Source: Selaginella moellendorffii
Taxonomy: Eukaryota > Plantae > Lycopodiophyta
DNA length: 21,436 nt
Reading direction: 5' to 3'
NCBI RefSeq assembly: GCF_000143415.4
Contig: NW_003314283.1
Coordinates: forward strand, 1,207,890-1,229,325
The position numbers were made by a program, and so were the translations under genes. Shown here piece by piece: positions 9,257 through 18,056 of this stretch. The notes beneath the pieces were generated by a model. That model made no database searches. It worked only from the letters and a program-made list of their open reading frames with translations, and had not been told where the DNA came from. Position 1 is the first letter of the stretch; every line of letters starts with the position of its first letter.

Positions 9257-11880
9257 CACTACTACACAAAAGCATTATATTGAAGTGTTTTTCTAACAAT
9301 TTTTTTGTGTTTTTTGGAACTTTAAGTTGTAATTTTCAACTACTTGCTATCAACTTAAATGTTACTAGAAAATTGGCTTTAGTTACAAATTTTAAGTTGT
9401 AATTTCTGATAACATTTATAGTTACTCAAATTTAAGTTGGAAACTATAGTTGTCCTTTACAACTAAAATATAAATAAAAAATTTTAGTTGTATTTTAAAA
9501 CATATTCTTTAATATTAGATAAGTTCATATATGTTGCTAATTAGAGTTGCAATTGACAACTTTTAACCTGCAACTAAAATGTAAGTTCTTAAGGTTTGTA
9601 GTTGCAAAAGTTTTAGTCACAAATTTCAACAATATTTACAGAAAATAAATTATAGTAATGTACCTACTTTTAACTCATAATTTCCTAACAAAAGGACTTT
9701 GTTTTCTTTCTCAGATCTATATTATGTTTCTTGTTTAGGATTTAGGAATAAAAGTTGCATGTTGGTGTTTAAGATGTAAAGGTAATTATATTCACCTCAT
9801 ACAAATTACTATACATCATATTCATTTTTATAGTAAACATCCTTCAACACCACATAATACATGGTTTCCAGTAGAAGATATTCAAGGGATTAAATTACAT
9901 AGATCTACTACTTCAATAGAATAATTTTTTGAAATTGGTGAAAGTTTTATACTTTCAGATGATTGTGGTATTAATTTGAGTGGTGGTAATGGAGGTGGAA
10001 ATGATAATATTGAGGATGGTAATGTATTTTATTATTTTTCAGAATGGTTACATGGAAATGAAGACAATTTATTACCTATTTATGAAGGGGCTAGTGCTTA
10101 TATTTTTTCAGCTTGTTTAAGTATTCTAAGCTATTATTGGAATATCAAACCAAGCAACAGATCATTTTATAAGGTAATTTTATTTATTATTTAGTATTAA
10201 ATTTTTCATTATTTGGATGAAGGCTCTTCAAACAAATGTTGCCTACAAATAATATTTTTCCAAATAATTATAAGGAATTGGTAAAAATCACTAAACATAG
10301 TGGACTTATCTACAAAAAGATTGATTCATGTATGAATGATTGTATGTTATTAAAGACCTTCAATTTTATCAAGTTTGTAATGCTAATGGCAATAAAGATT
10401 TTAATAATTATATACTTGAGAAAATAGTGAGCTATTTTTTTATTATACCTCGATTTCACAACAATTTCAATGTACAGTAAATAGCACAATACATTACTTA
10501 TCATTTTTATCATTGATCCATTCATGGAATAATGAAAATGCCTACTGATGGTTCAGCTTGGAAAACGTTCAAAGATGATTATCTAGATGTTGCAACAGAT
10601 CCAAGAAATATACATCTTAGTGTAGCTGCAAATAGTCTTTCTACAACAAAATTAATGGCAAAACCATATTCATATTTGGAAATTATTGTAGTCAATAATA
10701 ATATACCACTAACTCTAGCAATTAAGCCTTTATTTATATTTCCTATTATGATTATACTAAGTATTAGTTAAAAATAAAATAAAATAACTATATTTATAAT
10801 TTTTCTAGGTCCAAAACCTAATATTTATTGGTAATTATTTATGGAAGAGTTAAAAAAATTATGGGATGGAGTGCTATGCAAAAATAATTTTAAGCTAGAG
10901 GGTCAATATTTTTTCAAGTTTAGAATAGCAGTGCAATGGTTTATTCATGATTTTTTGGATTTCTTAGATTATGATCACGAAATTTACATAAATGCATAAT
11001 TATTGGTCATCAGTGTTTTCTACCTATAGATCATCCATTTAAGTCTACTAATAGAAGGTAAGATTTTAATTATTATTTTTAAAAATTAAATTAACCTATA
11101 ATTTTAATTAGTTTATTTAATGGTAATAATTGTATTTGACTAATACTAGGATAGATAACTCCAGAACAATGGGAAATATATTTATATTTGGTTAGACACG
11201 AAGATCAAATATCATTACCTAATGATAAAAAATGGTTATCCATATTCTATCAGTTTTTATATTTTTATAAGTTGCAAGTAATATTCTTAAAGGATTACGT
11301 ATATATATTTAAAAATATTTCTGAAACTATATATAAAACTATTACTGGTAAGAATGATGGATTAAATACTAAAAAGGACTTAGTTGCATGCAGAATGAAG
11401 TAAAATATGTGGCCACGACATGATGGAAACTTTGATCATGGGACTTGGTTATTAATAAATCATTAAAATAAATTGTTTATTAATAATATAAAGGCTTTTA
11501 AAATGCCTACAACATATGGAACTCATTTTCAAATTATGTGGATGAGAAAGGTAATTTAACTGGTATAAAATTCATGATTGGCTTTATTTACTACAAGTAA
11601 ATTTCTATATTTACTATTACATAAATTAATATTTTTAAAAGGATTTTTATTCCATTTTTATAATGGGAAACACAACACCTCAATTACGGAAAGTAATATA
11701 TTTGCTTGGAGAAGTTACAAGGTACTAATTGATTTAATTTTTTTGAATTCAATTAAGTTTAATTTTAATTAGCTTTTTAACTGCTCAAGAAGTAGATAAA
11801 TTTTTAATACCTATTATGCAAGAAAGATTTATCATATATGTATATTTATTAGGAGCAACTATTGTTTTTCTAAAACTAGT
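9257..11880 (+). mobile_element. CACTA DNA transposon (5' TIR, subterminal repeats, decayed Tnp2); 3' end not found
   Basis: Starts CACTACTACACAAAA. Many direct and inverted AGTTG(T/C)AA / CAACT motifs at ~9320-9630. Tnp2 motifs LPTNNIFP, YKKIDSCMNDCML, PTDGSAWK..DPRNIHL, EELKKLWDGV, WFIHDF, GHQCFLPIDHPF, KNISETI, GNLTGIK/HDWL with short introns. Confidence 0.9.
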
Positions 11881-13780
11881 ATATGCTTGCTAAAATTGAG
11901 GTAGGGAAGCTTATTTGCAAACTTGGGATAAGTTTGGGATCCAAAAAGTGAGACTAAAGGGCAATTGTGGCAAAAAGTATAATGCTTGCATCGAGGAGGT
12001 GAAGAAAGTGTATAACAACTAGGGCCTTGCAATGAGTATTTTGTTTTACTTAAATACTTCTCTCTTTAGTGGCTGGTGAATGTAAGTAGCTTTTTCAGAG
12101 TATGAATTGACAAGCTATGGGAAACTTTTGTCAAGAAAAAAAAAATTAGAGATTTCACAAAGTACTTCAATCTATCATCTATTCCTTTTTCATTTCACTC
12201 TATTCTTTCCTAACCTTTTCTTATGTCCTGATTTGAGTTACTTTTTCATATATTTTTTGTTTCTTCCTCATTTATAACATTTCCTTTTACTTGCATTTGA
12301 TCATTTTTAGTTTAATATGAAGTTGAGATATGGATGTTGAGCATGTGCATAGAGCAAAAATCTTGTTTTTGTTTCTTTGATTATTTTTTAGTGTTAAGTA
12401 TTCCTTTATTCCAAGAGTTTTGTCATTTTTCTCAATTTTTGGTTGAGTCCATTTTTCCCGATATAAGTGCCATTAAGAGTCTTTGCCTTACCATTGTTGT
12501 TGAAGAGTTTTTCTTATTCCCTTGAATGGTCATCCTATAAACAAAAGTGCACCTCTTTTTTAAATCAGTTAAGGGATGTTATATTTGGACTTCCCATCAA
12601 TCATTTAGCCTAGTACTACTCAAACTTAAGAACATTTAGTTCTAAATATCCCAAGACCCTTAACTGATTAGAGAAGGGAGTGTGCTATTGTTCATGGCTC
12701 TTTTCTTTTATATTTTAATTTTTATGGATCATCTCTCAAGGTGTTCCCTTTGGTTGCTTATAATCTGTCACACTTCCCTGCAAATTCATGCCCTCATGAA
12801 CAAAAGTTGAGAGCTATAACTCTCTTGACATTTTACCCCTCGGGTTGAATCTAGCTGGAGGCAAATTAAATTTGCCAGATATCATTATCAATATATGGTG
12901 TGATTCCCTTAGTCAATCAATAGAGTTGGACCCAAAACCTTTTTAATACTAATGTAAACTTCCAAATTTGGACTTCTCAGACGATCACTTAGTTTAGTAC
13001 TACTCAAACCTAAGGACGTTTAACCCTAAGTATCTAAAGACCCTTAACCAATTAAAAAAGAGGATGCGTTTTTGTTCATGGGCTCTTTCCTTTTATATTT
13101 TAACTTTGATAGATCATCTTTCAAGTTGTTCTCTTTGGTTACTTACACTAAATTTAAGAGCTTATAAATATATTATAACAAAAGGTACTTTGTTAAACAA
13201 GCTCTAAGAACATTTATTACTTTTATTTCCTTATTGCTACTTTGGTGTACTAAAAATTTCTTTTTTTGATACTTGTTTATCCATTTTTTTTCCACAATGT
13301 TCTTTTTCAATTTTTTTTCACTTTCTCCTCTTTTCCCTGATATTTTAAACTTTTTTTTCTTTAAAGGAAGGGGTAGAATGATGGACATGAGTTCAACCCT
13401 AATAATAGAGTGAGGATAAGCAAATACAGTAATAGAATAAGGACAAATGACATAAATATTGCAAGTATAGCAAGCCCAAATAAAATATCCAACTTTAATT
13501 TAGTGAGGCCAAATGAAAATATTGATAAAAAAGAGAGGATGAGTGTAATAAGTTCAAATAGAGTTAGTGCTCTTTTTTTCCTTAAGGAGGGGATAAGAAG
13601 AATAAACAAAGTGGGTTTAACTTTTTATATAGAATGTTAGATGAGGATGAAGGTTGTGAGTTTAGGTTCAAAAGTTGACCAAAGTAAAGACACAAAAGTA
13701 GGTTTGTATGGTCAGAAGTTTGGATTAATAGAGATTTCAGAGGATGGCTGATGAGCAGCATTAAAGACAAGATGTAGTGT
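11880..13780 (-). mobile_element. Probable highly decayed LINE ORF2 remnant (APE endonuclease to start of RT)
   Basis: Weak minus-strand motifs in a plausible order: IMISGKFNLP (~12890-12860, cf. GDFN), LSDR (~12990, cf. SDH), a K/Q-rich linker, ISFPTSILASIY (~11915-11880, cf. RPISL.S...K). A-rich minus strand. Motifs are degenerate. Confidence 0.4.
12583..13147. repeat. Diverged ~180-bp direct duplication (12583-12762 and 12966-13147)
   Basis: Shared blocks atttggacttc, tagtactactcaaac, aagacccttaac, ttgttcatgg, ttttatattttaa, gatcatct, ctttggtt at an offset of ~383 bp. Confidence 0.85.
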
Positions 13781-13825
13781 ATACTGCATTATAGTATTTG
13801 GTGGACTATAATATATATATATATA

Positions 13826-13980
13826 TGGAAAGGGAATATAGAAAATGTGCATATCAATTAGCCCAAAAACCCTAGTTTATATATAAGAGCACGGATTGAA
13901 ACCAATCCGACAGGTACTAAAATCCCACTACATTAATATTAGTATACGGCATTGTAGCCGTACACCTAGTATTCACATCA
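13826..13980 (-). repeat. Putative 155-bp 3' LTR of the host gypsy element
   Basis: On the minus strand it follows the PPT GAGAGGAAGGGT, starts TGATGTG, contains TATATATAAA and ends TTCCA against a (TA)n tract. The second LTR is not in the window. Confidence 0.65.
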
Positions 13981-14320
13981 ACCCTTCCTCTCGGAATAAT
14001 AAAAGACCATTAGGGTTCTCTTGTAGATGGGCCGGGATCTAGAGGACCGTAAGAAGGAGGCATCAGCGGATCTATAGGTGGTATTAGTTGTTCTTGATCC
14101 TTTTGTATGAAGCGTTTCAACCGTTGCATATGCACAATTTCTGGAGGATTGGCCTGGTGGACATCATGCCAAACGTCATAAACTTGGGGTTCAACTTGCC
14201 GCAACACCTAATATGGTCCTTTCCACTGAGCAAGAAACCCCTTAGATAAACCACGTACCATAAGATGGGGAAAACGGACTAACACTAAATCATCCACTTT
14301 GTACTTCGCATGTGGATGAT

Positions 14321-15386
14321 TGTAGCGCATGTGATCATGGGATGAGATTTGGATATACTGTCACCGTGGATCCTTGAAACCTTGGGGGATAAATGGGGAT
14401 AAAATAGCCACTAAGGGCTCTCTCATCAAGCAATTGCCCCTTTTCCAGTTGGCTTAAGGGGAGAGAGATAAAGTGTGCTACAGTTGGTATCGGAGCAAAT
14501 GGCACGGGTTCGATTCCCATTGATTAGTGGCTACTTCAAAAAATATAATATACCCTTGAGCAAGGTATATTCCTACCCCTAAATTTGAAATCGTATGTAT
14601 TGGGCATCCATGCGTACGTTCTTCCTCTTGTGTGGAGTATCCACGGACGAAGGTATCCACCGTGGGATTGCGGTACGGGTGGATGACTAGTTGCCTCACA
14701 TGGAATAACTAATCTACACAATGGAAGGATTGGTAGATTGAGTGCGGAAATGGAGGTGCTGGTTCCCCTTGGCTCAGTAGGGGTTGTTAGTCAATAGTCC
14801 TCATTCGTGGGATTGCGGTACAGGTGGATGACTAGTTGCCTCACATGGAATAACTAATCTACACAATGGAAGGATTGGTAGGTGCTGGTTCCCCTTGGCT
14901 CAGTAGGGGTTGTTAGTCAATAGTCCTCATTCGTGGGATTGCGGTACGGGTGGATGACTAGTTGCCTCACATGGAATAACTAATCTACACAATGGAAGGA
15001 TTGGTAGATTAAGTGCGGAAATGGAGGTGCTGGTATAACTAATCTACACAATGGAAGGATTGGTAGATTAAGTGCGGAAATGGAGGTGCTGGTATAACTA
15101 ATCTACACAATGGAAGGATTGGTAGATTGAGTGCGGAAATGGAGGTGCTGGTTCCCCTTGGCTCAGTAGGGGTTGTTAGTCAATAGTCAATGAGGACATT
15201 GACATCTCTGAAGGGGGGGGTGAGTGTAGCGCATGTGATCATGGGATGAGATTTGGATATACTGTCACCGTGGATCCTTGGAACCTTGGGGGATAAATGG
15301 GGATAAAATAGCCACTAAGGGCTCTCTCATCAAGCAATTGCCCCTTTTCCAGTTGGCTTAAGGGGAGAGAGATAAGGTGCACTACA
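14321..15386 (+). mobile_element. TRIM-like non-autonomous unit with two 162-bp LTRs (14321-14482, 15225-15386)
   Basis: LTRs are TG..CA with 4 differences by eye. tRNA-iMet PBS TGGTATCGGAGC at 14485-14496. PPT GAAGGGGGGGGTGAG at 15210-15224. Non-coding interior. Second PBS at 15389-15400. Confidence 0.9.
14661..15188. repeat. Nested tandem repeat inside the TRIM
   Basis: 145-bp unit (14661-14805), a copy with a 19-bp deletion (14806-14931), and a third copy containing a triplicated 59-bp subunit (starts 14976, 15035, 15094). Confidence 0.95.
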
Positions 15387-15899
15387 GTTGGTATCGGAGC
15401 AAATGGCACGGGTTCGATTCCCATTAGCATTGAAGTTAGTTCATGTGAGATTCGTGATCATTGCTAGGCATGACTTGGCTATAGACTTCTTCGAGCTTTT
15501 GGTTCTTTGAGTTTTCATGCTCATTGTTCCATTTGTTAGGAGTTGTTGGGGGAAGGCATTTTGGCTCATTAGCTTCGATGTTGACGTTAGTATTTGCATC
15601 TAGCAATCATTGGTGATGATTGACTATCATCTAAGATAGTTGATTATCCTTGTCCAGGGTTTTGCTTGATTATTGTTGGTATAGAATGATTTGCTGTTCT
15701 TCAGGATAGTAGATTATTTCTTCGATGATGATTATGCATTTCTCTATTGATAGGATGATTAATGATCTTTTATGGTGGTTAGTTGTTCTCTTTGATGGCT
15801 TGTGGCTTTTCGCAATATCACATGTTCTTTGTGATTTGCTTTGGATTGGTCTCTTGGGTTTGAGACATCAGTAAGAAGTTGCTGACACTTGCTTAGGCA

Positions 15900-16923
15900 A
15901 CTTGAGTTCCTTGGTGTTATTGGCTGGGATCTGTTCAGCTTGACTGGTGCGATAGTTGGCATTAACGAGTGTTTGTTGGTCTTACCGCATTCATTCTATT
16001 TTGTTGATTATTGCTCAAGTTAGTTCTGATAGATCAAGATGTTATTTCCTTCAGGTGATACATTCGCGAGCATTTTGCTTGCCAGTCAATGATACTTTGT
16101 GTTCTTTGAGTATTCTTTGGTAAGTTGTTTGGCTTACTGTCCGCTATCTTCGGTAGTTAAATTTTATCATTGAGTTTCCTTGATGACATACTTGCTATTG
16201 AATTTTGTTTGATGGTGAATCCTATGTTTACCAATTTTAATGATCTTGGTGGTTCCTGCACTATTATACTGGTTTATCAGATGATAACTTTCTTGGAATA
16301 CTTTTGTGTTCTAATCTAAGATATATTCACTGATAATTAAGTCTCTAAGATATCATTGTTTATGACTTTGATATTGTCCATCTATTGATCTTTGAGTTTG
16401 GGCCAGTATAGGCAGACTGGCTTTGGCACTTCGTGTGCATGGTGAAATCTCTAGTCATGGGGTAGCTACTGTCGACTGGTTACATAACCCGCCTCTCTGT
16501 CGATGTTCCTTATTCCGTTAAAAAGGGCGTGACCGTGTAAACAACTCTAACTGCCTATTTACAGTAGTCTATCTAAACCTTACTGACGGGTTTGGTTTCT
16601 TTGCTCAGGAGGGTTGGGGCCTCTGGCTTCTCTCTCTATGTCCCTGCGGGCAGGGCATATCACACTTTTGTAAGCTGGGTGACTCCTAGAGCAGCAAGGG
16701 TGGCTAATTCCGTTGGTCATTTCCTTGTCGGCGACGGCCGGAAGGTGTCTAAGCTAGTAGCGCATCCGCGTTAGACAAAGAGGTTGCCTCCTAACTCATT
16801 TAAGTTGGTGCATTTCTCACATAGTGTGCGTACCGTGAACTTTTTCTGGAGTTGTTTCCTTGGCGGTATTCTAGACTTGAGTATGCATCGACGAGGACGT
16901 CGATCTTCCCTAGGGGGGGAGAG
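15900..16923 (+). pseudogene. Heavily deleted gypsy (chromovirus-like) pol relic ending in a PPT
   Basis: Motif islands: VDY (~16003), FGL (16128), FLDDIL (16176), FTDN/KSLRY (16326), YDFDIVH (16361), LRRVGASGFSLYVPAG (integrase C-terminus-like), a possible chromodomain relic, and PPT AGGGGGGGAGAG (16912-16923) followed by TGT. Confidence 0.65.
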
Positions 16924-17263
16924 TGTCGCGAATGTGACTTCGGGTATCGAAAGTTACTTGTCGGCTAGTCCTTTCGGATATTCTTTCCTTACTGCCACGA
17001 TGGCAGGAGGTCGGTATTGCTGGACCCGTTATCAGTCTCCGCCTAAGCTAGTTGAGAAACTGGTCTTTGCGTGTGCACTTGACCAGATGAGCATAAGGAA
17101 GGAATTCCTAAGTGTCTATTTAGTCAAGCATACTTGACCTGGTTAGAGAAACTCATTTGTTGACTTGCACTTGCTAGTGTTGGGAACCCCCGTGATATTG
17201 AGCTTGGTCCCTCAATATCGCAAGATGATAGCTTACCGTGTCTGCCAAACACCCTCGCTATCA
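16924..17263 (+). repeat. Putative LTR-C
   Basis: Starts TGTCGCGA directly after a PPT. The end at CGCTATCA is a guess; no second copy in the window. Confidence 0.4.
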
Positions 17264-17513
17264 TGCCCTTTGTGTTGGTCTCATTTCGGTCCCAAATGCT
17301 ATTTATGGAAAGTGTCCAGATTTGCTCATTTGGCATATCTACGGAATGTAGAGATCGTTCTGAACACAATGGTGTTCGTCCTGTGTCCAAATTCACAATC
17401 TAGGGACATTCCATATTTAGTAAGTTTCGAGCTTGTTCCAGAGACTAACTCCTGATACTAAGGGAAGCTTGGGGTGAAAGCCCAAAGCGTGTATTCCTCA
17501 AGGGGGGGGGGGT

Positions 17514-18056
17514 TGTGGGGGGTTCCAAATGTATAGTAGGGATAGTGGGTAGGTCGGGCATGGCCGACCAACCTGAGGCATAGTCTAGCTCCCACTTGCG
17601 TGCCTGTCCTTGTTCTGCGTCCGGCTTGGGTCTAAGCCCAAGTTCCATTCCATGCTAGTTGGTGGAGTACCCATATCCTCGCGTTAGGCCACCGGTATGC
17701 TGAAATAGCGCTAGACTCCGTTTGGCTCCGTTTTGCGTGCTGGTCTTGGCATTAGGATGCTGGTTACTCTAGGACTGTTCCAAGTCGCTCCGGGCTCCTG
17801 TCCCTTCGCTCCTTGGGCTTCATGCTCGGGAGTTGCTCCGTGGTTCGGTTCCGTCACTCCTTGGCTCCACGCTTGGGAGTTTGGCACCATTCCTTTGTTC
17901 AGTGGCCCAAGGCCCTGAACCTCGGGTTCTTATGGACACGTGGCATGTGACACGTGGCATCCATCACGTGGCACAAAGAGGGTTTAGGTTCCGCTTCGTG
18001 GTGTTATCCTATGGTAAATCACCATAGGATAAAGAGTCAAAACCACGTGCGCTACA
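17514..18056 (+). repeat. LTR-B (543 bp) preceded by a G11 PPT
   Basis: PPT at 17500-17512, TG start, CA end at the TSD. Its start and upstream flank match the minus-strand LTR at 21389. Confidence 0.8.

Larger units (their letters stand above)
14321..18056 (+). mobile_element. Composite LTR-retroelement insertion nested in the host integrase
   Basis: Termini TGTAGCGCA...TGCGCTACA. 5-bp TSD ATGAT at 14316-14320 and 18057-18061. Removing the insert restores host frame YNSYHHPHAKYKVDDLVLV. Confidence 0.88.

Noticed and set aside
13771-13782. GTAGTG as the 3' TIR of the 9257 CACTA
   Set aside because: Only 6 bp match the TIR, the next bases are TAT not TGT, and there are no subterminal repeats.
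14475-14525. tRNA gene or tRNA-derived SINE
   Set aside because: The A-like and B-like boxes are too close, with no anticodon arm, acceptor stem or tail; the A-like part is the LTR end plus PBS.
14661-15188. CRISPR-like repeat array
   Set aside because: Units are head-to-tail with no unique spacers, there are no cas genes, and the context is a plant TRIM.
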